From contig NC_087246.1 in NCBI RefSeq assembly GCF_037042905.1, forward strand, positions 1,676,001 to 1,740,000: DNA of 64,000 nucleotides. The letters are read 5' to 3'. Positions 40,706-52,917 of the stretch are shown here, piece by piece (position 1 is the first letter of the stretch; every line of letters starts with the position of its first letter). Made by a program: the position numbers and the translations under genes. The notes under the pieces are model-generated. The model searched no databases and had not been told where the DNA came from. It was given only the letters and a program-made list of their open reading frames with translations. This stretch comes from Lytechinus pictus (taxonomy: Eukaryota).

Positions 40706-42090
40706 CTACAAAACCACAAAGACATGTATCTTGGCCTCCTACACGTACATCTGAGGTTTATTACTACTTTATCAATGACTGAATTATGAATTTAATGGGT
40801 TGCCATAATCAACTTGAACATGCAAGATATTGAAGACACGTGTGGATGGAATAGTCATAGTGAATGAAGTACTCTGGGGTAAAATGTTTATGACTTTCAA
40901 GTTATGCTCAGCTGTACATCTGCATGGTTCATTGTATATTTTGTTTTTACTTGAGTTGTAAATGTGTGTGGTAAAAATGTAATTAGGGAACAAAAGATGA
41001 AATATTGGAGAAAAGATCATAAATGACCAAATGGTCTTTAAACTTAAAAGAATGTAGTCAGTGTGAAGAACAATGATTGGATGTTATCCGTTGTTATCAA
41101 AGTCCGCTTACAATCATGATTTAATTCAATTTATGGATTTTGTAACAAAACTGTCAATTATTGTGAACCAAAGTCCAAAAGAATAAAAAAAGTAGAAATG
41201 GAAAGATTGATCGATGAATGCTTCTAACAATTTCAAGTGAATAAAAGAGAACTTTTCAAACCCTTATAATGATGATGATTTTTCAATTTTCATTTTGTGT
41301 TTATTGTGTTTATTACCATAGAATTCAACTTGTGCATTTATTGCAATACCTTTATTTTCCAAATCAACACTTTTCACACTATCTTTGAATCATGTTAATT
41401 TTCATGATATTAAATTTCCTCATTTTATTACTGCCAGTTGATATAAATCTCCAATTTGTTAATCTGGAGATTCTCAAACTGTCAATTCAATCCCATTATT
41501 ATACTATTTTCATTGCTCCCTGATTGATTGATGTATTTTTCATTATTCCAACTACTCTTTTGAATTAGAATTTTCATTGTTGGTTATTTGGAAATATTAT
41601 TCTATTGTGGTATTATTGATTTTTATATTTTCTAACATTATAACCATTTCAACTCAGAGCTGGATTGTGAGAATATATTTCAATCAAATGACCTATTCAT
41701 AGATTCCTGGATAAATAAAATAGTAACATAAAATTTGTAAAATATTGATAATGATGATATGCACTTCTTGTATAGCTCATATTAGGAGTATTCAAATTGA
41801 CTTGATCACCAGAATACCTGTTAATTTACCAAAAAAACTTCTACAGTCCTAAAAATACCCAATCATTTTCTGCATTCATACTATAGTTTTTCATACCAAC
41901 CCCATTTATTTCATGGAAGCACTAAATTCAGTATGGTTATATCTTGCTCAATGACCTTGGATATCAGAAAGGAGGGAGCACAGATAGTGAGTTAATTTCT
42001 TGAGAATTTTAAAAGGAAAAAAAGATAAGAAAAGAAGAGCAATCACTAAACACATTTCTTATGGAGGAGGAGCCACGCCCCACCCCCCCC

Positions 42091-42711
42091 CCCGGGGGGG
42101 GGGGGGGGGGGGGCACTAACATTGACGAGTGGATACCATGCGCGGCCCAAAAACATGTAAAAAGGATGTCTTTTTCAAAATAGGGCAAATTACGTATGTA
42201 GCTTAATAAGGGTGTCGAAAACACTAAAATAATGAAAAAAGGGTATCTATTTTCGCTACGAAAGCTACGTGTTTAGGGTCAAATTTGCGACGGTATAAAA
42301 AATTAAGACTAAAATGTTTTATAAAGGATGTACTTTTTGCCCCAAGCGTCAACACTACGTATTTAGAGTACGATTTACGTGAGGTGTGTGAGGTGGGGCT
42401 GTACTACATGTACTAAACCCAATGAATGTAGGTAAAGGCCCGGGTAAAGGTTAATCCGACGACCAACATCCATGACATAACAATTGAAATATCGCTGTAG
42501 GCCTACTTGTTTAGGGGTTCAGTTGAGGGAATACTTACCAATAATATCGTTTTGTTTCAAATACAAGGGTAGGGTTTCACATGCCGATAATTGTTAAGGG
42601 GTGCATTTTCAGAATATGGAAAATACGTGTTTAGGGTGCTTTTCGAGACCCCATGGTCGCGCATGGTATCCACTCGTCAATGGAAGTGGCCCCCCCCCCC
42701 CCCCCCCCGGG
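42091..42711. mobile_element. MITE with CCCG(n)…C(n)GGG termini
   Basis: CCC-polyG-CACT..CATTGACGAGTGGATACCATGCGCG at the left and CGCGCATGGTATCCACTCGTCAATG..AGTG-polyC-GGG at the right. Superfamily not assigned. Confidence 0.8.
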
Positions 42712-43875
42712 CGCCAACCCCAAATCTGTCCAAGCCTATACAGTATAGGCCGCTAAGTTTTCTCCAGTCCTTTTAACAAATCCTGAAGACTACATTATTT
42801 TCACCCAAAGTGAGATTTCTTCCATAATTCCAATTTAAAGTTTTAAAACTTGTACTTTGTGTGAACTCTCTGAATATTGTAAGCACAATATATTCCAATC
42901 CATCTCTCTCTCTATTGCTGTGTACTTAGTTCAGGCTACTTAAGTGCAGGAATGACGTCAAATGGAGATCAAAATAAGTAGTAGTCCAAATCTTGGGAAT
43001 CGGGGTTTACAAAACTAAATTTTTTTATAAAAAAGCTTCTTGAGGAGGTCAATATTTGTGCTGTTCAACAAGTGATGTTGAAACATCTGGCTTCTCTTTT
43101 GATGTACTTTAAAATCTAAGTGGAATTAAAGAAGAAATGACGCTTTGTAGCTTGAATATAAACAGATATGTCTGAAAGTAGAGAAAGAGTCTATAATGTT
43201 AAACTAATTGTATACTGATCACGCTGATAGTCAATTAATGTTGGTATGTTTGACAGTCCAATCTTATTTTCTTAAAAGATTTTGATGCATTTCATAAGTT
43301 GTTTTCACCTAGAGGGGTCCTTAGGATTTGAGAAAATACATTAAAAGAATTGAAAAAGAAAATTGAAGATATTGAAGAGAAGTATAAAGAAGGCTGTAGA
43401 GGAATTGCAATTGGTATGAAAAAAACATATATTTCATTTTCTATTTTTTATAGAGGCCAATTGTTATTTTCCCTAACCTTTCTCCTGTCAACAATTCCTA
43501 GAAAATAGCTTTGTGGTCTTCACCCCTTTACCCCACACAAACTACAGAAATTTAGAATATATATTTTCTCACAAGTTTAGTGTATCTTTCCTGAGGCAGT
43601 ACATTGTAATTGAGAGTGAAATCAATCGCCCCTTTCATTAACCTTTTTTAAGTTGGAGAATTACAAGCAAAATATGCCTGTTTTCTGGCCAGGTCATAGA
43701 GAGTTCATTATGAAAGATCTAAGTTCAAAGAATTTAAGCCATAATCCATCAAATTAGGAATATCAAGGGGTTTTTCCATAGATTTATAAAGAACCTTTTT
43801 ATGCTCATAAACTATTGGCTTGAACCTGTGGGAATGTGATGGTTCTTATAATTTATTAGCTACCTGTTTACATAG

Positions 43876-44488
43876 TTAAAGGCCAAGTCCACCCCAGAAT
43901 TTTTTTTATTTGAATCGATAAAGAAAAATAAAACAAACATAATGCTGGAATTTTCATCAAAATCGGATGTAAAATAAGAAAGTTATGATGTTTTTACTGT
44001 TCGCTTATTTTTCACAAAACAGTTAAACGCACAACTCGGCGATATGCAAATGAGAGTCGATGATGTCCATCACTCTCTATTTCTTTTGTTTTTTATTGTT
44101 TGAATTATACAATATTTCAATTTTTACAGATTTGACAATAAGGACCAACTTGACTCAACCATAAACTGTTAAAATAATGGTAATTCCACATGTCCAGGGA
44201 TTAATAAAATTTTGTTTCACAAGACAATAGGGAGAAAATTAGAATTTTTCATATTTCATATATAATAAAATACAAAAGTAATAGTGTATGGGTGACGTCA
44301 TCAATCTGCCAATTTGCATACCGTCCAGGATGTGTATATAACTGATTTTGTGAAATTAAGCAAAACTTTAAAATGTCATAACTTTCTTATTTTACATCCG
44401 ATTTTGATGAAATTTTCAGTGTTGTGCTTGTTGGATTTTTCTCCTTTTATTAAAATTAACTTTTTGGTGAGGTGGACTTGTCCTTTAA
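43876..44488. mobile_element. TTAA-flanked MITE (T2/Kolobok-type) with long inverted arms
   Basis: TTAA-AGGCCAAGTCCACC … GGTGGACTTGTCCT-TTAA. Inner inverted block tttcatcaaaatcggatgtaaaataagaaagttatga / tcataactttcttattttacatccgattttgatgaaa. Confidence 0.88.
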
Positions 44489-46502
44489 GTGGTTTTAGTT
44501 GAAGTCTTTTGACTTTTGATCTGCACTATCTATTTGCTATATATTTCGTTTCTTTTAAAGGCGGGGAGGGGGGAGGTGAGTATTTTCGAACCATGCTGGC
44601 TCAATCTAAGCCATCACAAAAATAATTGGTAAAATATTTTAGAGTTAGGCCTATTTAAAAGAAAATACTTTGAATAAAATGGATCTGGTACTCTGGTTAA
44701 ATTTTGATATTGCTTGATGTTTATTAAAATCACACGCTGAGCAAATAGAGCCATCTGTTAGCAATGCTTGAGTCACATGGAATTTCATCTAAATCATCTC
44801 TATTCCGGTTAAAATGATCGCGATGTCCTGAGTAATTATCTTGGTAATTGAATCACAGTTGCAAAATTATTAGGAATTAATCCATTCGATTTAAGAGTTG
44901 AACCTCTGCCAGAAACAAAATTCCTTCTCCTTTTCCCAATTTGTACGTATGTTCAATGCTTGAAGGCTGTTGCGTATTTTACTCTTGCAAAGGGTTGATA
45001 TATATATATATGTTTTAGGTTCTGAAATGTAAAACTATATGTAGTAATTATGTTCTTATTAAATATATAGGAAAAATATAGCTTAAAAAATTTATCTTCT
45101 ACTTCTTTCTTCAGGAAAGCGCAGCAACATCAGTGAACCATGGTAGTCTTAAGACTTGAATGCACTTTTTGCATCTGTCACATCTGTGTTGTTTTTACGA
45201 AAGAACATATTAATTAAAGATTGTTAGGTTGGATTCTGAAGATTATCCTTATGAATCACTGTCTTTCAAGATTTAAGAACTTTTATTTTTGATATTTTCA
45301 TGAAAGTTCATTGAAATACATGTACTTGAAATGAAATTAATTGTACAATGTAGTTTTATTTGCAAACATATGTACTGGTTTGCTTGAAATGCACAGGTGA
45401 TAAAGATGTGTTAAAAATGAGCTGTACATGCAAAAAGGAATTTTCATTATATTTAGACAGATTTTCTTTGAAAGAAACTCAGAAATGTGGCATTTACTAT
45501 TCAAAGAATAAGGAAGTCATCAATGTATGGAATTTTGTGAAAATCCAATGAGTAACCACCAAACAGGCCGATTCAAAATGAATAACTTTGAGAGAAATTC
45601 TATGATTGGACTTAAAAAATATTATTATAAGTGTCATAAAATGAATATTTATCAGGTGTTGAAAGTATTTTACTGTGCAAGTAAATGTTTGCCAAATTTA
45701 TGTTTTTAATAGAATGCAAGAATTCAAGATAGGGAAATTGTAGTTGGCAAGTAGCCATGGTAGAAGCAAATTTAGAAACTTGGAAAATATTAGTCAAATT
45801 ACTTTAAACATGTGAAACTAATAAACCGTGCTTTTTACATTTTTGATCGCAGTGTGAAATAAATTTGATTAATAAACTCAACAAAATATTTGTTGAAAGT
45901 ATTGAATTTGAAAATGCAAAAAAGGTTTGGCAAATGTAAGTGGTTTTATGAATCCGGTTGTAATTTTTTAATTCTGTTTTCTCAGATCATGTTTGTGCTC
46001 ATAACCTCTGAGATTTATTTTCTTAATCAGTCAGTGGGCTTTTATAATGCGTGGGTATGAAGTAATTGAACTTTTCATCATATTCATCCTCCCTACAACG
46101 CTTAGGAAACATTTTATGTTTGCATAGGACCTGGTGGGGCTAGAGGGTAGGTAGTTTTATATGATTTTGTTTGTTTTCTCTGCTGTATTTTATGCTGTAC
46201 TGTGTCTGAAGGTACACCATTTTTTGAAGAATAAAGTACATTGGCAGGTCATTTCTCTGCCCTCGTTTGTATTGTTTCTTCCAAAATTAGAGAAAGAAAG
46301 AAAGAAGGGCGGGTGAGGCAAGCTAGAGAGGAGGAGCGCAATAGAGAAAGGGGTGCAATACATTTAGATATATTTTTTGTTTAAAAAGAAAGTTACCATG
46401 TTTGACTTGAAAAAAAGATAAATTTAGTAAAGGATATATCTAAAAATTTTCACTATGTGAAGTTATGAACTTTTGAATGTTGTAAAAGGGATCTACAATC
46501 TA

Positions 46503-46600
46503 AAAGGGCTCAGCTACGGCCGGGGTATTAATATACCACGTATCAACGTATCACATAGTAACTGCGCTATATAAATGGACATATTATTATTATTATTATA
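46503..46600 (+). mobile_element. Probable 3' end of a SINE/LINE
   Basis: …gcgctatataaat… followed by a (TAT)n tail, resembling L2-type retroposon 3' ends. No body recognised. Confidence 0.4.
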
Positions 46601-48392
46601 AAATTGCTCCTTTTTTTTATTTTTCTATCTCATCATAAAAAAATAACAGCCACAAACTTTCCTTCCTCTTATTAAGTTTACAACACACACACACATGCAC
46701 ATACAAATAGATCATAATAGTGGTACACAAATTGTTTTGTGTGAAAGTGAATTTAATTATAATGCCATTATATATTTATTTTTGCACATGAATTCTTTAT
46801 ATTTGAACTAACATATCACTCTGAGCTTGTATGGACTCCTGACATAAGATTAGAAAAATCATTTCCTTTTGAGTCTTTTCCAGAGAAAATTTTTGATCAG
46901 ATTAAAGGTCTCAAAAACATTTAGCTTATCTACTCTTGTTTCAAGAAAGGGTGAGGTGAACAAAATGTTGCTAAATTTTGCCACACGTCTGTCAAAAATG
47001 TCAGATTACTGTTTGAAATATAAAATAGGCCATATTCAAATACTATATTTAATCCATTTTATAAGAAATCAGTGAAATATCTTACCTTGAATCAAGCCAA
47101 GTTACTAGTAAACATCTAGGCCTTCATACAGTCAATGGTTCCTCCAATTTAATTAATAAGTATTAAATATGAAATACATTAGAAGAGAAGGCAACCTCCT
47201 CTAGACATGTATAAGGCAGTTTCTATGACAGTCATTCATTACAATGTATTTAGATTAGTACAAGGTTATCATGCACTCTGACTTTGTATAAAATGAGAGT
47301 AAATATATTAGAGAACTTTGTTTGTCTGCTCTTTTGGAAGGTAACACCACCTTAATTGTTTCATCAGAAAGCATCGCAATAATGTAAATATAAGTTTACA
47401 TTTAAGAAAGGAAATTAAATGACTAGATACAGAAATGATTATTCTCATTCAAAATGTGTCTTATCAAATCAAATTAAAAATTTATGATTACAAAGTGATG
47501 ATGGATAACAAATAAAGTTGTTGTGAGCTAGCTTTCCATGTTTTCAAAGCTTCTTACTAGCAGAGTGAAATCAGTCAAATATGTTTCCATCAACCAACAA
47601 AATCAAGAGCAATTAGCAAAGAAGGCAACGTGGAGGAGGGGGAGGTTGGGATGGGGGTAAGGGGATGAACAGGATTTTCTGCTTGGCTAAGACCCAGGTT
47701 GCATAAACCAAGCGATTCATATCCAATTATATTAATTACAATATTTAGAGGTTTAAATCTCTGTCTTAATTGTAGTATGATTCATTAAGTAGGAAGTGTA
47801 AAGGGAAGTCGCCAAACGAGAGAGGGCAGTCGTTTATCGCTCATGAGAAACAAAATGGACTTCCTTTTACAAGATGAATCAGGAGAATGTCTTAAGACTT
47901 TGACTCACTCAACATTTCCCTGGTATTAATTGTACAAATATTGATGATTAGATATTTTATTAATATCTCTCATTTTTAGGAACTTAAAGAGATTGTAATG
48001 TAATCTTATGTGACATACTGTATATTTGACATTGCATTTATTATGATGTTTTATTTGATAGTTCATTAATATTTATGTGATGATGGGATTCTTATAGATC
48101 ATTGAAAAAGAATAAAATCATGTACACTATAGTTAAATATTATTTGTATTCCTTAGGGAAAACCTCTCAATTGTTTTAAGTTTGAAATTCTTTTGAAGAA
48201 GTATGTTTGATCTAATAACGTATTTTTCTGAAAGCTTTTGTGTTTCTCGATATGCCAATATGCAAAAATTTTGATATACCACCAAGCAAACCAACTTTCA
48301 ATAAAATCTAGATCAGTCTGCAGTTGATCCATTCTTCAACCTGAAAGTGTCCAAACGTTAATAATCCATATCCCTCTTCCTTCTCATGACAG

Positions 48393-48601
48393 ATGACTGT
48401 GACGCTACAACCAAACCAACCAATCAGAGCCAAGCTCAACCCCCAGCAGAGACAGCTGTCACTGTCTTACAGGAAAACCAAACCAACCTGGCCTTATCAA
48501 GGTCAACTGAAGGTCAGAGGTCAAGTTCAGAAGGTCAAGATCTCACCCAGGAGACCAGTAGGAGGGATATAGATCAGGAGATTGAGGCCTTACAGAAGCA
48601 G
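48393..48601 (+). CDS. SMTN: Smoothelin-like gene, coding exon 4 (DDCDATTKPT…DIDQEIEALQKQ)
   Basis: Acceptor tccctcttccttctcatgacag|AT is phase-1 compatible with exon 3 (G+AT = Asp). 209 nt open, donor CAG|GTCAGG (phase 0). Ends in the first half of repeat 3. Confidence 0.78.
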
Positions 48602-49197
48602 GTCAGGGATGACAATTAATATTTTCCTCTTCTGGTTCTGAATTTAACCATGCAGGTGGCAAAGAAACCAGGAATACCTTGAGATTTGATGCTTAAAATA
48701 TTTTTTGTTGGGAGGTCAGGAGGGGGGGGGGGGGACATGGATTCGATTTCTTAACTTGAAATTTCATGGGCTGAATTAAATGTATGTTACCCTGATAATT
48801 TTGTTTGAATAGCATAATGTATAAAAGGGGAGGAATAGGGGGTTTGGAGGAATGATAATATACCATTATAAGCAGTATATTCTCAATGATATAAAATCAT
48901 GTTTTCATAGGATTTAAGATAAATTCCAATATATATCAAAGTAGGCCCAATCCATTCTTTATTTTCTTAATATAAAATCTATCATCCTATGAAAAGAATC
49001 AAACCTAATAGATATGACAGTTTGATGAATATCGTGGTTATTTAGTTAGGAAGCTAACACTGTGACCAAGGAAATGGATGAAATTGACTTTCATTAAGCT
49101 CAAACGCTCCATTACGAGTCAAGTGCCCTGACACAACTACCCCTCTTTAAATTCACTCCTCTTACATATTGTAATGTATTAATTCTATCTTCCTCAG

Positions 49198-49273
49198 CTT
49201 GAGGGTGCAGAGACGTACGAGGAACGTCGGAAGCTAAGGACAGAGATCAGGGAGCTTCGTCAAAAGAAAACAG
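49198..49273 (+). CDS. SMTN: Smoothelin-like gene, coding exon 5 (LEGAETYEERRKLRTEIRELRQKKT)
   Basis: Acceptor ttctatcttcctcag|CTT, 76 nt, donor CAG|GTAGAA (phase 0-1). Clear smoothelin repeat motif YEERRKLRxxIRELR. Absent from the ORF track. Confidence 0.9.
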
Positions 49274-50620
49274 GTAGAATTGAAGAGCTTATAGTCATAT
49301 CCTGCAAATGACAGACGAGTGTCTTGTTTCCATAACAACCAGGGTTAATGTACTTTTAATGTAAGAGAATACAAATGATTAAAATAAGTTTGGTTAGTTC
49401 TGTTAGCTAAAATAGAAAATGAAGATTTGAATCAGAAAGTCTAGTGCTTGTTTCGTGGAGTTGAAGAACAACAAAGGCATGCTTTTTAAAGCTTTCCATG
49501 GAGTGTAAGATAACACTACATATAAGGGACTGATTAAATGTTTTAACATATTTTATCATGAAGAAAAAAAAGCATGTTTGGAGGGGCCATCCTGGAATAC
49601 AAAAATGTTATCGATGGGAGGAGAGGGGGACCAAATTAGAGGGAAAGTAAGAAGAGAAGACACTTATGGAAGGAAAAAAATTAAAAGGAATGCAAGTGGA
49701 TGCAGGTAAAACTTAATAAGGGAATCGGGACAGCTAGATGATATAAAAGGAAAGAGAGGGAGATCATGATATTCAATTTGAGGGGTTGGGGTGAAACAAT
49801 AATATATAATGAAGGTATGGTAGAACTTTGGACATCTGTTGAGCAGCATGATCATCTAGCCAATCAAGATACTTCCAGAGATTAAGGCAAGTCTTCATTT
49901 AATCTAATTAGTCATTTCCATACATCACCATTAATAGGGATAAAGCTGGCCTATATACTCACAACATCTGACAAAGCAATTTATGGAGTCCAGTGCTTTT
50001 ACCCAGTGTAAATAAATATCCCATTTTTGAAAGCCTAAAATTTGGATTTCGGTCTCATGCTTTAATGGTAAATAAACTCTTATAATTCACAGACACTTCA
50101 ATGGTTAAACCGCATATTTGAATCTTGGTTTTAATTCAAACCAAAGTATGCTATATTTCTAATTAGAGGAAGAGAATCAAATTAAAGACATTTTGTGATT
50201 TATGAATAATCCTTCTTAGAAGATATAGAACAAAGCAGATGTGAAGGGAAGGTTCCAAGCATTGTCGTCACAATCTCCAAGGCTTTTATTTTTTATGGGA
50301 GATATCCTGTCATTTATAATTTGCATCTTTGCTTAGCTCCACCCTGTCTTAACCAGAGATAGGAGTCCATTAATTGCCTATCATACCTCAGTGATCCACA
50401 TTTGCTTCTTGTCTCGGTCTGTGGGTCTTGTGGGTGTCTTAATCATTCAGATAAATATAGTTTGTGGTAGAGATAAGAATAGATATGTTCCTCTAGACAA
50501 CATATGTCTGCAGAGAAAATATATTTTCCATTTCTCAATGTTAATGATGGTGCGAACCTTTTGACTGTGCAAAAAGTTTTATTTTAGTCATTTGTATTCT
50601 CTGAAATCATCCTCTCCAAC

Positions 50621-50880
<260 letters not shown>

Positions 50881-51982
50881 CTGTCTATCCTTTCCTCCCC
50901 TACATAAACTTTTTAATTTGTCTTCTCAACCATTCGCTGAAATGTTAATAGTATTTTAACTCTGGTTGCTGATGCTTGCCTTCACATTGATTTAATTTGA
51001 AACTATTGTGTGATAGCTTTAATCTTCATTTATTGTAACCACTCTCTCTATAACTGTATTTTATGTATTTTCCAAGTGAAAAGAAGAAATGTAATGTATC
51101 TGCATGTTATTTTTACCTGGCACTCAAAATATTTATGAAAACAACAACAACACACAATGTATTTTTTTTTACTGTAAGTGATTTCCCTTTATATTTTTTA
51201 ACAAAAACTATGTATGTTCTATCTATGAGTTCTATCTTTCTGTCCATGTATCTAGCTTTATACTGCCTGTCTGTCTCGTGACTGCTTGAATATCAATGCT
51301 TAGTAGTTATGGTGATGGTGAAGGGGAAATTCTCCCAAGTAGTTGCTTTGTGTGGTGAAAGTCATTGGCTGCTGTCAATTTGGTTTTTAGCTCTAATCTC
51401 TTTCACTCTTTGTGCATACATCTGAAATATCTTTGAATGAGAAGCAAGATTACTTCAAAGCTTTGAAAAAGAGACCCCCTAATTTACAATTGATCATACA
51501 ACTGATTGTGCTTTGCAATCAGTTCAATCATTAGTAAAAATTTGCTGTACGATCAACTGTTGTGTCCTGGAGCAATGATGAGTTAATGCACTCTTAGGTG
51601 TGACAGATCATGAACACAGGATAATTCAGAATTGAAAAGCAATTTAGGAGCTAAGGCATTAAAAATATCTCCAGTTTGCAAATGTGCACCATCTTTATCC
51701 TTCAATTAATCTTTTAAAATATACATTTATATATCAGTAACTATGATAAACAGAAGAGGAACTACATCTAAATGAATATTTAACAATGATAAGGCTGTTT
51801 AAACAGAATTGAGTACACCAGGGGATGTATGCAGAAAAATGCTTTATATCGACAAGTGATTGTACTTTTTGTACCTGGGTCTATACAGATTTTTTGTACC
51901 AGGGTACAGTTTAATGTATCTTTTATGATACAGGGCAAATATATGCCAAGTGTATTTATCATTCATTTCCCATATAATCTAT

Positions 51983-52917
51983 TATAGAATGGATGGGAAA
52001 ATCCCTGCAATCTGATTGGTTGAGAGCTATGCAAGAATTTTTACTGGGCTGCATGAACGATATCCCGATAATCAAAACGATATCCACTGTAAACAAGCTA
52101 TCGTCCGAAAAGGTCATTGTGATGTCATCGCGCATGTACTGTTACGCTTGTTTACGTCAAAATTTTGAATTTTCGATCAAGGCAGAATGAATCAAATAAA
52201 GGATGCAAAATGATCTGTAAGTACAAATACGTTACCGTAATTGTCATAGGGATTAAAACTGCCTGCATACTCGTTAGTTGAGAAGTCCAGACATACGATC
52301 TAACGTTTATAGATCTACTGCCCTGGGCTGGCTGGCTGAGCTGTGCACAGCCAAATCTCCACTGCGGGCCCAGGCAGCCGTAGGCACTGGCCACCGGCGC
52401 GGCCCGGGCATACACACACAGCTATTGGAGGTCTGAGGCTGCCTCATAGATCTAGTCAATGCAAAGCTGTATCTGGCATTTTGGGTATAATGATGCCTTT
52501 GTGCCAACATATTATCAAGTTAGGCATACATATTTATGTTTTCCAGGGTTATCAAAGGGTCTGCATTACATTTTGGAATTTTCATGCATCCGGTAAAAAA
52601 TCATGCGTCCAGTAAAAAAAATCATGCGTCCAGTAAATATTTTCATGCGTCCAGTAAATTGAATTTACTGGACGCATGAAATTATCATGCATCCGGTAAA
52701 TCATTAATTTTTGTGGTTTATTCAATAAAATTTTTCCATTCTATAAAACAGATGATGCATGGGTTTCTTTCGTGGGTCAGTGGAACTGTGTGCACGCGGT
52801 AACTTTGGCATTATGGTCTAAACCCACTCGGCTGCGCCTCGTGGGTAAAACCATGCCAAAGTTACCTTGTGCACACAGTTCCTACTGACCCACTCTAACC
52901 CATGCATCATTTGTATA
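51983..52917 (+). mobile_element. Non-autonomous element with TATA ends, 11-bp inverted repeat and large terminal hairpin (Crypton-like)
   Basis: TATAGAATGGA (51983-51993) is inverted at 52735-52745. A ~175-nt hairpin at 52742-52917 is centred on ACCCACTCGGCTGCGCCTCGTGGGT. Internal CATGC(A/G)TCC(A/G)GTAAA repeats at ~52584-52700. Confidence 0.65.

Noticed and set aside
52152..52615. GC-rich patch with overlapping ORFs suggesting an exon or CpG island
   Set aside because: It lies inside the 51983-52917 element, with no recognisable recombinase/transposase motifs and no compatible splice sites.
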